64,000 nucleotides of DNA from Squalus acanthias (lineage: Eukaryota): contig CM059432.1 in NCBI GenBank assembly GCA_030390025.1, forward strand, positions 89,468,001 through 89,532,000, read 5' to 3'. Each line of letters begins with the position of its first letter. The stretch's first letter is position 1. Shown here piece after piece: positions 44,250-57,491 of this stretch. Below the pieces are notes generated by a model. The model was given only the letters and a program-made list of their open reading frames with translations. It did not search any database and was not told the origin of the DNA. Made by a program: the position numbers and the translations under genes.

Positions 44250-46890
44250 AACAAAAGTAAAATACTGTGGATGCTGGAAATCTGAAATAAAAACAGAAAA
44301 CACTGGAAACATTCAGCAGGTCAGGCAGCATCAGTGGAGAGAGAAACAGTGTGAACGGCCACGAATTTGCCGGCACTCAGGGGGCGGGTTTAGAGGCAGG
44401 TCAGAGGTTAAAGTCATTATGATTGACAGCGGGAAGGAAACCCGCTGCCAACCCGCCTCCACGCGAGTCTCCCAGGTGTCGGGTCTGTCAGCGGAGAACT
44501 GACCCGACACCAAGCAGCGGGGGATACAATTGAGCTCATTAAATGTCTTATTAAGAGCCAATTTAATACTATTTTGAGGCTTCCTTCCAATTTTACATTC
44601 TCTCCCACAGGTTACTTGCTGTTCGGGGAACACGCCAGCTCAACCTGGCGTGATTAGAGTTTGCTCTGATGTTTCTGAAAAGCTGACAGCTGCAGAAGTG
44701 GTGTAAAGGATGCCATGTTGCAGATGTTCAGTTTCAGAGTGCAGAAATATTTGGTTACTTCATTTGTAATACTTACAGAGATTTCTTTAGCTTGCAAGTG
44801 TTTAGGGACAACTGTATGTCCAGTGCCACCTCACTGGAACAAACTCTCTCACCATTGACAGATCGCTTCTGTCATCTCACCTGCAGCTGCCATCTATTCC
44901 AGCAACATCGGTGCCCTTGAAACAATCAGACCTTGGTCCTCTGAATCCTTCCACGATCAGCCCCAACACCAACATCATCAGGCACACCAACATCACCAAC
45001 AACATCACCAAACTTCTCCGCCATCACCTGATGCTGCACTGGACACAGGGCATCAGCCCCTGACAACATTGCTGCCCCAGAGGCCAGCGATGGCATCACC
45101 ATGGCCAGATTTACTGCACTTGACGCTGTAAACCCTGGCTGCCACATGATGCGCCAGGTTGACACCATCCCACACCAGCACCATGAAGCATCCCTTTAAT
45201 ATCCAAGCCATTCCATGCACACTCATCACTATAGCAGGGGCTGGGGGAGAAGTTATGTCTCAACATTCACTGGAACTCAGTAAGACACTTCTCAATGTGT
45301 GCTCAGATCTGTCCAATAAGGGGCAGTGTTGAAAAAATTGATTTCACCGTATGACACCACATTACCAGAAACTTCACATGGACATTGGCTAAACCTCTCA
45401 AGTGCCTACCCTTGTGTGTTGTTAGTTGGTATGCTTGCAGTAGGATGAGGGTGAGTGTGAGGGGTGGCTAGTGAGATGGGAAAGTGATAAAGTAGATAGA
45501 GCGGGTTGGGTGGAGTTGCAAGGTAAGTTGGTGTGAGTAAGGATGTGCAGGAGAAGGGTATGGAAGGCAGAGTGATGGGGATGTGTTGAGTGGCACAGCA
45601 GGGTGAGTTTGAGTGTGGCTTTGCAGTAACGTTTCATGATCCACTGAGATCATTGAAAGGCTGGCGCCACTGAAACCAGGGACCCCTGACGACATTCCTG
45701 CTTGTGCCCTCCTGTGCAATGTGCAACCAGGCTGCATTGGTGTCCTGGGGAGGTCTCTTCCACTCTTGGAAGGGAAGAGAACCTCCCTGTGTGCTGTGAC
45801 TCCCTCCATAAGCATATGGAGGGAGTCATTGGAGAGCCTGGGTGCAAGCGTCCACCTTTATGCAGTGATTGTCAGTGTTTACAGCACCTCAATGCTGTCA
45901 AACACTGACAGAACAACTGTCAAACTCAATGTAGCTGTGGTCCCTTTAAGGAAACCGGCTGATGACGTGTCATCAAATGACATCTTCAGACCCGCTTCCT
46001 GTTAATTGGCCGGGAAGCCTGCAGGGCAGGCTTAACAAAGCCAATCAAGGGAAAATCCCTTTGACAGAGTGGCTGCAGCCGGAAACATGACTGAAACCCA
46101 GAAACCAGCTCTCCCGCCACCATCCCAACACTGCTGGGAAATTCGCAGCCAACGTTTCAGGTCGATTACCTTTTATCAGAACTGAAAAATGTTACAGATG
46201 TAACAGAGTTTAAGCAAGTACAGAGGCAGGGAAAGGGGGGAGGGGAGGAAAGAACAAAAGGGAAGGTCTATGATAGGATGGAAGGCAGGAGCGGTTAAGT
46301 GACAAAAGGGATGATGGTGCAAGGCAAAAAGGGTGGTAATGGGACAAGTAAAGAAATAAAAGATGGGTCTAGAAGAGGTGTAAATGGGAATAGCAGAATC
46401 ATTGCCAGCACCTGCTGTTCAGTTGTTGAACTCAATGTTGAGGCCGGAAGGTTGTAAAGTACCTAATCGAAAGATGAGGTGCTATTCCTTGAACTTGCGT
46501 TGAGCTTCATTGGAATAGTGTAGGAGGCTAAGGACACAGAGATCAGCGAGGGAGTGGGATGGAGAATTAAAGTGGCAAGCGACTGGTAGCTCAGGGTGAT
46601 GTTTGCAAACTACATGGATGTGTTCAGCAAAGTGATCATACAATCTGCGTTTGGTCTCCCCAATGTAGAGGAGACCGCATCGTGATCAGCGAATACAATA
46701 TAGTAAATTGGAAGAAGTACACGTAAATCGCTGTTTCACCTGGAAAGAATGTTTGGGGCCCACAACGGTGAGCAGGGAGGAGGTGAATGGGCAGGTGTTG
46801 CATCTCCTGCGCTTGCATGGAAAGGTGCCGTGGGAAGTGGAGCAGGTGTTGGGGGTGATGGAAGAGTGAACCAGGGTGTCGCGGAGAGAT
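44250..46890 (-). mobile_element. Degenerate Penelope-like element (second family) interrupted by Harbinger copy C
   Basis: Minus ~46645-46710 reads NLLYCIR*SRCGLLYIGETKRRL (GIY-YIG). Its 3' region carries a hammerhead-like motif split at 44356/46151. Confidence 0.7.
44357..46150 (-). mobile_element. Non-autonomous Harbinger (Myb/SANT exon retained), copy C
   Basis: AAC TSD; ends GGCCACGAATTT...AAATTCGCAGCC; reverse-complement homolog of copies A and B. Confidence 0.82.
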
Positions 46891-46899
46891 TTAATAAAC

Positions 46900-48175
46900 A
46901 GGGATCTATCCTTGGCCCATTCCTATTTCTCCACTGTCTCTCCACTGTCTTTAAATTGTCAGACTATTTGTCTTACATCCAGTTCTGGATGAGCAGAAAT
47001 TTCCTCCAAATAAATATTGGGAAGACCGAAGTCATTGTTTTTGGTCCGCGCCACAAACTCCGTTCCCGAGCCACTGACTCCATCCCTCTCCCTGACCACT
47101 ACCTGAGGCTGAACTAGACAGTTCACAACCTTGGTATCATATTTGATCCCCAGATGAGCTTCTGACCACATATCCGCGCCATCACTAAGACCGCCTATTT
47201 CCACCTCCGTAACATCGCCAAACTCCGCCCCTGCTCTGTTCATCTGCTGCTGAAACCCTCATTCATGCCTTTGTTACCTCTAGGCTTTACTATTCCATTG
47301 CACGCCTGGCCGGCCTCCCACATTCTACCCTCCGTAATCTTGAGGTCATCCAAAACTCTCCTGCCCATGCCTTAATTCGCACCAAGTCCCATTCACCCAT
47401 CACCTCTGTGCTCCCTGACATATATTGGCTCCTGGTTAAACAATGCCCCGATTTTAAAATTCTCACCCTTGTTTTCAAATCCCTCTATGTCCTCGCTCCT
47501 CCCTATCTCTGTAATCTCCTCCAGCCCTACAACCCCCCGAGATATCTGCGTTCCTCCAATTCTGGCCTCTTGAGCATCCCCGATTATAATCGCACCACCA
47601 TTGGCAGCCATGCCTTCAGCTACTAAAGCCCTAACCTCTGGAATTCCCTCCCTAAACCGCTCCAGCTCTCTACCTCTCTTTCCTCCTTTAAGATGCTCCT
47701 TAAAACCTTCCTCAGCTGCCCTAATATCTTACAAAAGCAAAATACTGCAGATGCAGGAAATCTGAAATAAAAACAGAAAATTCTGGAAATTCTCAGCAGG
47801 TCAGGCAGCATCTGTGGAGAGAAACAAAATTAACGCTTCAGGTCGATGACCTTTCGTCAGAACTGGAAAAAGTTAGAGATGCAACAGATTTTAAGCAAGT
47901 GCAGGGGCAAGGAAAGGTGGGAGGGGAAGAAAGAACAAAATGGAAGTTCTGTAATGGGGTGGAAAGCAGGAGTGATTAAATGACAAAAGGTATGATTGTA
48001 CAAAGCTCCACAGATGCTGCCTGACCTGATGAGTATTTCCAGCATTTTCTGTTTTTATGCCCTAATATCTTCTTATGTGGCTCAGTGTCAAATTTTGTTT
48101 GGTAACACTCCTGTGAAGCACCTTGGAATGTTTTACTATGGTAAAGGGGCTATATAAATGCATGTTGTTGTTGTT
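46900..48175 (+). mobile_element. L2-type LINE 3' part
   Basis: QGSILGP...WMSRNFLQINIGKTE...HWL...FKIL remnants; tail TATAAATGCATGTTGTTGTTG. Confidence 0.75.
47731..48057. mobile_element. Short Penelope-terminus insertion with internal inversion
   Basis: 14-bp TSD TGCCCTAATATCTT; arms CAGCAGGTCAGGCAGCATCTGTGGAG and CTCCACAGATGCTGCCTGACCTG are inverted; hammerhead-like motif at 47829-47863 (-). Confidence 0.7.
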
Positions 48176-48252
48176 AACATAATAATCGAATAGTTTGATT
48201 TTCTTTGTACCAGGCTGGATGAATTGAATAAAATGACACCTTTAGCAGCAAA

Positions 48253-49098
48253 GGGCTGGATTTTATGAATGGAGACATGTTGGAGGTGGGACTGCTGCTT
48301 GCCGGGTTTCAATTCCCGCCTCCATCAGCTTCTGGCCAACCAGCGGGATTTTCCCCTGATTGACCTTGTTAAGCCCGCCCGGCGGGCTCAGCAGGCCAAT
48401 TAGGGGGAAGTCAGTGACAGAGCACATCAACGTATGACGTGTCACCTGTCAAGAACTTTTGAAAGAAGAAATGTCATCGTTTGACAGCTCTGTGAAGCTG
48501 TCAAACACTGATATTCTGTGTAGCTTGATGAGTCCCTGTGTTCAGGACTCATCAAACCTTTCTACTTTGCAGAAATCAGCTGGCTGTTGTATCGGAGGAT
48601 GCAACAGCCAGTCTGTGATATCTACAATGGAGATGTCGGGGACTCCGGCTCCACAGCGGCTGAAGGCTGTAGGTAGAAACAAAGGTAAGTGAACATTTTC
48701 TAACACTTTACACTCACCTCATACTTACCACTCCACACTTGCACCCATCACTCACCTCTACATCGCACTTTCAGACCCCTCTGACCCCCTGCAGACCCAC
48801 TGCCCGCCTCCTACACCCCGGTGGGGTTCCCCCAGATCAGGAAGCCCGCATTTCAGGACGAAAAATGGGGATAATCTTATTTTCTGCCTGTTAACTACCT
48901 GTTAACAAGCAGTTAATAGTCTTTAATCCCTTCCCGCCTCCAAGGAGACAGGACCCGGGGCAGGACGGCTTCCTACCTCCTGGCAAGAGGGCACGGAGGC
49001 GGGTTGGGGGCGGGTTTGCCACCTGCCCCCAAATTCTGCCACTTTCCTGGCAGTCCCGCCTCCATACCCGCCTCCACGGGGCTGGTAAAATCCAGCCC
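48253..49098. mobile_element. Harbinger-type MITE
   Basis: Perfect TIR GGGCTGGATTTTA / TAAAATCCAGCCC; TSD imperfect. Confidence 0.78.
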
Positions 49099-51594
49099 TT
49101 AAGTGTCTGAAAGTGCATCTGAGGAACAGTATAGGTAATCTTTGACAATGACAGGGCTGTTTATCCATCAAGTTGACCTATCTGTTATATCTAGACCTGA
49201 ATGTCTCACATCCAACCTGCATTAATATGTGAGAACACCTCTGCTTCAGGTACCACCAGCCTGATGCATATCAATTGAAGTTGTGCAATGCATACCAGAG
49301 TTAATGATTGGAGTATATACCATGCCAACTTTTAAGAATAGGTTAAATAGTAGGTTGATGGGAAGGTGGATAAAGGGATATGGGAACAGGGTGGCCACGT
49401 GTGATTAGGACTACAGCTTTTGTGGAGGATAAAGACTGGACGAGTTGGGTCAAACGGCCTTTTCCATGTTGTAATTTCTACTTAAATCTATGCATGGTGA
49501 GGGAGGGGGGGCGCATGCACGAAGTGTCTGCCTCACTTCTGGCAGAATTTTGGAGTGCACAAAAAAAGGTGGAGATCCAGCAGAGCTGGATCCCATGCCA
49601 AAATCGAGCTGGCATACCGCTAATTTGCCACAAATACACCCTGCTCCCCACCCCAGGAATTCTGTGCCTCGCCTTTCTTTCCTGAATCCAGTTATGTTTT
49701 TCCAAATATTCACCCACTGGAGCTATCAAGATCTTTTCAGAAACTTTCTCTATTGATCTTACACCCACATGAAAGATTGCACAAAGATAGACTGTAAAAT
49801 GGAACTTTTTTTGGGGGCAGGTTTTATTTAATTGTTTTCACATTTTCTATTTTCTCAGAAAAAAGTCTACAGCAAAAATGTTAGAAATAAATTTCCACAA
49901 ACTACTACAGAATGCTATATTAAGACTGTTTATAGTCCTCCAAGTCATAAACATGATCAAAATTAATGCAACATTTCTAACAATGATGAATGTGTTATAG
50001 TGCCGTACAGTACAGTATCAACCAATGCACAGATAATGGCATTATCCTAATTAAAATGAAACTAAAGTACTGTTCCAGTCGTGAAAAATACAGCAGTACA
50101 TATTTTAATATTTTCAGTGTGAGATTTAGTGCTGCCATTTCAAATCACTTTACAGCACGATTATGTTCACTTTTCACACAAGAGCCAATTATGTGGTCAT
50201 GTGCTCCTGCAATACCGATGTCAATCGGGTGAATAGGGATGGAGAATAGGGCTGCCAACTCTGGCTGGACATATTCCTGGAGGTGTCATCTGATGATCTC
50301 TTGCCTCCAACCGGCCTGCCCAGTCAAACAACCTTTTTTCTCTATTTCCAATATTTCTATAACTAATAAACAAAAATGTTGAAAGAAAATGAAAAAAACT
50401 GTGTTTTAATGCCCCTGTGATGTTTCTCCTGGATTACTCGCAGCAGTGTCCAGTAAATTAATCTTCAATTTCTAGAGACTCCAGGGCACTCCTGTAGGGT
50501 TGGCAACCCTAGTGGAGAATCGAGTGAGCAGGCCTTTGGCCTGCTTACTGTCCAATGCACAGAAATCAATATGCGGCGGTCAGGCTGTGATCATATTACA
50601 AAGGATGATCGCAATCATCATGTGGTACACTCATTAAGAGGTAACAAATTACGTGAATTGACTAGGGGCACCGCTTCCTAAGTTTAGTACCAGGAATGTG
50701 TCAAAGTCATTGAGCACCCATTTAAAATGAACACTGCATTGATGGCACCTTCAGCTAGTTTAAAGGGGATTGTCGTCAGTAGCTGGAGAATTTTGTTTTG
50801 CTGCAGCAATTACCAGGTGAACTCTCTGAACACAGTTGAAATAAAATAAACCCATTTATTCTCCCTTATACTATGAGATGCATGTGTGTTTAGTGTGTTT
50901 TACAGAGTACTTTCCATTTGTGAAAGTGTATGGTGCATGTCTCCTACCAGCTAACCTAGTGCAGCTTATAAACGATTCCCCGGTACAGGAAATGTGTTGG
51001 CTGGCTGCTGGATGTTAGTGTGCACCTTTCAGCACAGAGGCGCTCCTTGTGCTAGGACATGAGAAGGCCCTGCAAATGCTGCCATCACATCTAATGCTGC
51101 TGTCTACAGCATAGCACATCATGAATCATTTGAGAGGGGAGGCTGGGTGGGGCGATGTAGTGTTGCCCTGAGAGACGGTTCCAACATCCATGCCAGCTCT
51201 TGCTATTCTTCTGCTGCTGAGGACTCTCTCAACATGTCCAGTGATCTGTGTGGGAGTGGACTAAGGGGCAGAAATGAATTTATTGAAGCCCTGCATTATA
51301 GTTTCCTCAATCCGATTCTCCAGCATATTGAGAGGCTTCTGTATATTGGAGCCCAAGGAGTCTTTAAGGCTTGTCAGGGCTTTCAGTAAAGGAACTGAGG
51401 CTGGGCCTGGGACTTCAGTCGATGGATACTCTCTTCAAGCATGCAGTTTGATTGTCGTCTTCAACTATAACCACCGCAGCCGATGCCATGACCTGAATCT
51501 ACTGTTGCTTCTATGCCTAGGCAAAATAGGCTGAAAAAAAATGGTTTATCAGAAATTCAGGTGCGTGCTCCCCAGGCTTTCCATTTATTAATTG

Positions 51595-52452
51595 CCATCC
51601 CCACGCCTCCACTACTCACCTTCAAGCAGCCGCCTAACCTCAAAAGTACCATCGTTCGCAGCAGATTACCCATCTTTCAGGAGAACAGCAACCAAGACAC
51701 CACACAACCCTGCCACAGCAACCTCTGCAAGACATGCCAAATCATGGACACAGATACCATCATCACACGTGAGGACACTACCCACCAGGTACACGGTACA
51801 TACTCATGTGACTCAGCCAACGTTGTCTACCTGATACGTTGCAGTAAAGGATGCTCCAGAGCATGGTACATCGGCGAGACCATGCAGACACTGAGACAAC
51901 GTATGAACGGACACCGCGCAACAATCGCCAGGCAGGAGGGTTCCCTCCCAGTCGGGGAACACTTCAGCAGCCAGGGGCATTCAGCCTCGGATCTGCGGGT
52001 AAGCGTTCTCCAGGGCGGCCTTCGGGATACACGACAGCGCAAAATCATAGAGCAGAAACTGATAGCCAAGTTCCGCACTCATGAGGATGGCCTCAATCGC
52101 GATATCGGGTTCATGTCACGATACAGAACGTGACTTGACATCATGGCCGGTCTTCCCAGGTGTTTTTTTTTTAAAAGACTAGCACAAGAACCAACACAAA
52201 TTGACAGGATATGCAGCCAGCAGGTGGTTTGACACGTTGGACCCCCTGGGACACATCTCATTGTCTTGGCTGTGCTCTTAGTGTGTCTTTGATGTAGGGA
52301 AATATTTGAATAGATTTTGTCTGTGTTTAAATTGTGAATTCTGGGAGATTTTCTCACTGCTAACTTACCTGAGGAAGGAGCGACAGCTCCGAAAGCTTGT
52401 AAAATTAAATAAATCTGTTGGACTATAACCTGGTGTTGTGCGACTTCTCATT
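51595..52452 (+). mobile_element. 5'-truncated Penelope-like element (GIY-YIG only)
   Basis: Highly similar to 29860-30398; TSD-like CATTTATTAATTG on both sides; hammerhead at 52365-52402. Confidence 0.9.
52365..52402 (+). ncRNA. Minimal type I hammerhead ribozyme motif
   Basis: TTAC-CTGAGGA-A-GGAGC(GACA)GCTCC-GAAA-GCTT-GTAA. Confidence 0.78.
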
Positions 52453-52985
52453 TATTAATTGTAATGGAAAGAAAATTGTGAGTGGGTGCATGGCTGTGTT
52501 TCCAATATGCACTCCCAGTGGGTAAAGCTCCACGCCAGGAACACAAATTAATATTGAATGAGTGCTAAGTGTGTCTACTGAGTTTGCTTTGTAGCCTTTC
52601 TAAGTAAATGTACTTCTTCTCACCTTGTGTCTATATGCCTGTGGAAATGTCCTCTGTGTTTCACCTCAAAGAAAAGAAATAACTTGAATTTATATAGCAC
52701 CATTCATGACCTCTGGCCATCCCAAAGTGCTTTACAGCCAATAAAGTACTTTTGAAGTGTATTCACCATTGTAATACAGAAAATGGGGTAGCCAATTTGC
52801 ACACAGCATAATTTCACAAACAGCAATGAGATAAATGACCAGATCATCTGTTTTAGATGTTGCTTGAAGGATAAACGTTGGCCAGGACACCAGGCAAACT
52901 CTCCTATACTTCTTATAGTATAGTGGGATCTTTTACATCCACCTGAGGCAGCAGACTTGGTTTAACATTTCATCTAAAAGACTTT

Positions 52986-53849
52986 GGGCTGGATTTTACC
53001 AGCCCTGAGCAGGCGAGTTTGGAGTCGGGACTGCTGGGAAAGTCAAAAAGAATGGGAGCGACACCCGAACCCGCTCCCAACCAGCCTCCAACCAATCTTC
53101 CCGGGAGTCGGGACCCAATTTGCACAGGGATCCGACTCCTAGCGGCGGAAGAGGATTATAGCCACTTAACTGCCTGTTAACAGGTAGTTAACAGGCAGTT
53201 AAGAGGCTTTTCCCAATTTTTCGACTGCTGCTGCCGGCTTCCCAACGTCGGGGAACCCCGCCAGGGTAAGTGAGGCATGCTGTGGGTCTGTTGTTATGAT
53301 GGTGTTTGGATGACAGCTGCAGAAGTGGTGTGAAGGATGCAATGGGACAATGGTTAGTATCAGAGGTAAGGAAATGTTGGGAAAGTAATTTTTAATGTGG
53401 ATGATATTTCTGCAGGTGACAAGCTGTGAAGTGTTTGTGTGGCCTCACCTCATCAGGAGAAGTGACAGATGGCTTCTGCAATCTCAGCTACAGCTGCCAT
53501 CTGTTTTATTCTAAGGAGAGAGTAATTGGAGAGCCTGGGTGAAAAGGCTCACCGGTGTACAGTGATTGTCAGTATTTGACAGCACCTCAATGCTGTCAAA
53601 CACTGACAATTCATCTGTCAAACAAGTGCGGGGCATATGCCTTTAAGAAAACCGGCAGATGAAGCGTCATCAACTGATGTCATCTGACACTGGCTTTCCC
53701 TTAATTGCCCGGCAAGCCCGCAGGGCAGGCTTAACAAGGCCAATCAGGGCAAAATAGCGTCTGTTCATCAGACGTCGCTGGGGGTGGGACTAGAACCCGG
53801 AAGGCAGCAGTCCCACCCCCAACTCGCCTCGGTAAGTAAAATCCAGCCC
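52986..53849. mobile_element. Harbinger-type MITE inserted in a SINE (SINE ~52670-53925)
   Basis: TIR GGGCTGGATTTTAC / GTAAAATCCAGCCC; TSD TTT/TTC. Confidence 0.78.
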
Positions 53850-54642
53850 TTCATCTCCAACAGTGCAGCAATCTCTCAGTACTGCACAACAATGCCAGCC
53901 TAGATTATAGGCTCAAGTCATTGGAAGTCACTCTCACTTTGAAGGCCAGCTATTGACTTCCATAGCTATCTGTCATTCTGTTCACTTTTTCTCACATCTT
54001 CCACTGCAACTTAACTCTTGTCCCTTCCAGAAGCCATTGATTCTTAACTCTGCAGGAATCATTGGTTACCAATCAGGAATGGAACTCCGCTGATTTTCTC
54101 TTCCCTAACCCAGGAGGGCTTGGGCAACCGTAGTGTCCCTATTGCTGTCTGAGCTAAGATCAGCTAATTCAGTACAGACACATTCACATATATGTGGCAG
54201 TTGAGTATATTGTTCAATAAATAACAACAATAAGGGCGTTAATATCCACCGCGCAGAAAATCACCTGCTGAGAAACTACATCGAGCTCATATGACCCATA
54301 TCCACATAGCTTTTTGTGCATTTTGTTTGAACCAATAAAGTTGTGGCAGTGGCCTAGAAATTGGTTAAGGCCCGAAAACGGGCACAGGCAGTGCGAAGCG
54401 CTATGTGCCCGCACCCGTTCAAAGTGGTGCAGACAGCACGCAAAATTCGTGCTGCCTGCTCATTATAATGATTGCAGCGCTGATCCCAGCGCTAAACGCG
54501 TCACGGATTGGCTTAGCACTGAAAGGGGGACCAATATCGGGTGTAGTCTACTGGCCAATAAAGTTTGGCCGAGGTGCTCTGCACTACTTAAAGGGGAGGT
54601 GCTTTGTTACAGAAGCTCCTCATTGCCATTGTGGAGAAAGCC

Positions 54643-56221
54643 ATGGTCCAACAGCCGAGAGTGGGCGATGAGATTTTCAGATGCAGCACTGGAGGCCTTG
54701 ATCCTGGGGGTTTAAAGACGCTGTCAGGTCCTCTAGCCACAGTGGGGCAGGAGGCCTTCAAGGCAGAACAGCAGAAGGCTGTGGGAGGAGATCGCTGAAG
54801 CAGTCAGTGCCAGGACCTGGATCCAGAGCCGCAAAAAGTTTAATGATCCCACAAGAGTGGTCAAGGTGAATGAATGCATCATCAAATGCCATATCCCACC
54901 ATCTGCACCTCTAGCCTTACACACTGCTCCATGCACCACACCCCCAGCACTCACCTACCAACAATCTCTAGCAATCACCACTCATACCTCACAATCATAG
55001 TTTCACTTCACCCTCACACACTTACCACTCCCGCAAGCCTCACACCGACATCTCACACCTTGCACACACTGCCAGCTATTCAACCACGGCACAGTACCAA
55101 ACACATTGCACCACACTCACTGACACACTTCCCTTTCTCTTGCAGGCAAAGGTAGCTCATCACCGCCGGGAGCAGCAGCAGACGGGTGATGGTGAAGCCC
55201 GTCTGCAGAATCTGACGGAGCTGGAGGAAGCTGTGCTGGGCATCATTGGAGGGGCCATCACAGAGTCCGTGGCGAGTGGGGAAGTTGAAAGCATTGCTGA
55301 TGATGACGGTATGCTCATACCTAATCCTTCTTCTCACATCCCACTTCCCCCTCATCCCACAATCACTTTTCACTTACAAGCTGCTGAAGATGTTTACAAG
55401 TGTGGAAAGGGACTTTTTTTTATTCGTTCATGGGATGTGGGCGTCACAGCATTTATTGCCCATCCCTAATTGCCCTTGAGAATTTGGTGGTGAGACGACT
55501 TCTTGAACCGTTGCAGTCTCCGTAGCAGTTTGTTACAACTGAGTGGCTTGCTAGGCCATTTCAGAGGGCAATTAAGAGTCAATCACAATTCTGTGGGTCT
55601 AGAGTCACATATAAGCCATACCGGGTAAGGACGGCAGATTTCCTTCCCTAAAGGACATTAGTGAACCAGATGGGTTTTTACAACAATCCGATAGTTTCAT
55701 GGTTACCATTACTGATACTAGCTTTTTAATGCCAGATTTATTTAATTAACTGAATTTAAATTCCCAGCTCCGGTGGCAGGATTTGAACTCATGTCTCTGG
55801 ATCATTAGTCCAGGCCTCTGGATTACTAGCAATCTGTCCCCCAACAGATGGCTGGGAATGCTGAGGCGCCGCCCCGAGGAGTGGCAGTGGCTCTGTGGAG
55901 CAAGAACCTGCTGTCCTCTCTCAGGATGACAGTATTGTTACTCCCACCAATGCCACTCCACCAGTGCCCTTGCTGCTGTCTGTCATCCAGCCAATCCAGA
56001 CTGCTGCCGCCCATGCCGAGGTGGTGCAGTCTACAGCCGGGCCTTCTAGGCCCAGAGCTGCTCGAGGTCATCCTCCAAGGCTATCTGCAGTCTCCCCCAC
56101 TGAAAGTCAGCAGCCTTCCACCAGCCATGCTGCAGCCACTGGGGGAGCACTTCACAGGAGCTCTAGAGTAGGAAAAGGAACACGAAAGATAGACACTAAG
56201 GGAATGCACAAGGGTGATTAG
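54643..56221 (+). pseudogene. Harbinger Myb/SANT-like DNA-binding gene (spliced, disrupted)
   Basis: RFSDAALEAL...WEEIAEAVSA...RKKFND; GT-AG intron 54866-55145; exon 2 AKVAHHRREQQQTGDG; ends KGMHKGD*. Confidence 0.75.
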
Positions 56222-56388
56222 TTGACGTTGTTGTTTTGATTTGGAAATCGATAAATTTATAAATTATGTTTCACAAGTTTGTTTTGTGGTGGCTCTCATT
56301 TCAGCATTGTGCCCAGGAGGACGCTGTGGTGTTACGTGACAGAGGGATGGTAAGGTGGGGAAGTGGTGAGCAACGGGGATCTGGGCTT

Positions 56389-57491
56389 TCATTCATTGAA
56401 ACCGAAGTCTGATGAGGCTCTCACAGACAGCCCATCTGGAACAGGGATTTGCTGCCTGCCTCCTCCTCTTCCTCTTCCTTCTCCTCCGGAACCTGTGGTG
56501 GCAGGAGCTGCGCCCTCATGATGGCCAAGTTGTGGAGGATGCAGCAATCCACCATGAAATGTGACACCCACACTGGCGAGTACTGGAGGGCTCCTCCTGA
56601 GGCAGTGGAACCGTTGCTTGAGCATCCCGATGGTCTGCTCGATGAGGTTCCTCGTGGCAGCATGGCTCTTATTATATGACTACTGGCCAGGAATGGTGGG
56701 GTTGCGGAGGGGAGTTATCAGCCAGGTGCAGACCGTATAGCCCTTGTCAAAAAAGCAGTCATCCTCGGATTTGACATGGTGGCTCTAAGATTGCTGGCAC
56801 ACCGGACTGACGCAGGATGAAGGCATCATGAGTGCTGCCAGAATATCGGGCATTCACCATCATCATTATGCACTGGGTGTGATTACACACCAACTACACA
56901 TTAAGTTAGTGGAACGGAACATCTCAGATTGGTATGCAATGCCCGCATAGCCATGTGTGTGCAGTCGATGGCTCCCTGCAACATGGGGAAGCCCGATATC
57001 CTGGCAAAGCCACATCTGCGCTCATCCTGCTTCTCTCTGTTCAGAGAGAAGACAATTAAGTCCCTTCTCCTGGAGTACAGAGCCTCTGTGACCTCCCGAA
57101 TGCAGCGATGGGCAGCGAACTACAAGATGTTAGCTATGAATCCTGCTCCAGACTGGAAAGATCTGGTGGCAAAAATATTGAGGGCCACGGTGACCTTGAG
57201 GACCACTGGGAGTGCCATGGTCACTCTGCTCTGAGGCTGTAGGTCTGGTTGCAGGAGGTGACAGAGTTCTGTGACCACCTCCTTGGTGAAGTGGAGCCTC
57301 CGAATACACTACTCCTGGATTAAGTGCAGGTAGGAGACGTGCTCCTTGAAGACCCTAGGTGGGTAAGGCCTCCTGCTGAGAGCCCTCCTGCCCCTCCTCC
57401 TCCTCCCTTTGCTAGCAATTTGTTCTCTTCTTCGCTGCCTCTGCACCATCTCCCTGTCGAGCGCGATGGGGACTGCAAGTAGAGCCCCCAT
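56389..57491 (-). pseudogene. Harbinger DDE transposase (HARBI1-like), frameshifted
   Basis: RRPYPPRVF..., IDCTH, DKGY, LKQRF, GGALQYSP, CCILHNLA, acidic tail. Confidence 0.8.

Noticed and set aside
50560..51500. Possible very old Harbinger relic or coding exon (minus-strand coiled-coil-like peptide)
   Set aside because: Frames broken by stops and no diagnostic motif I can support.
51513..51594. ATG-initiated stand-alone GIY-YIG gene (206 aa)
   Set aside because: The first ~27 codons are flanking DNA upstream of a 5'-truncated Penelope insertion; no evidence of domestication.
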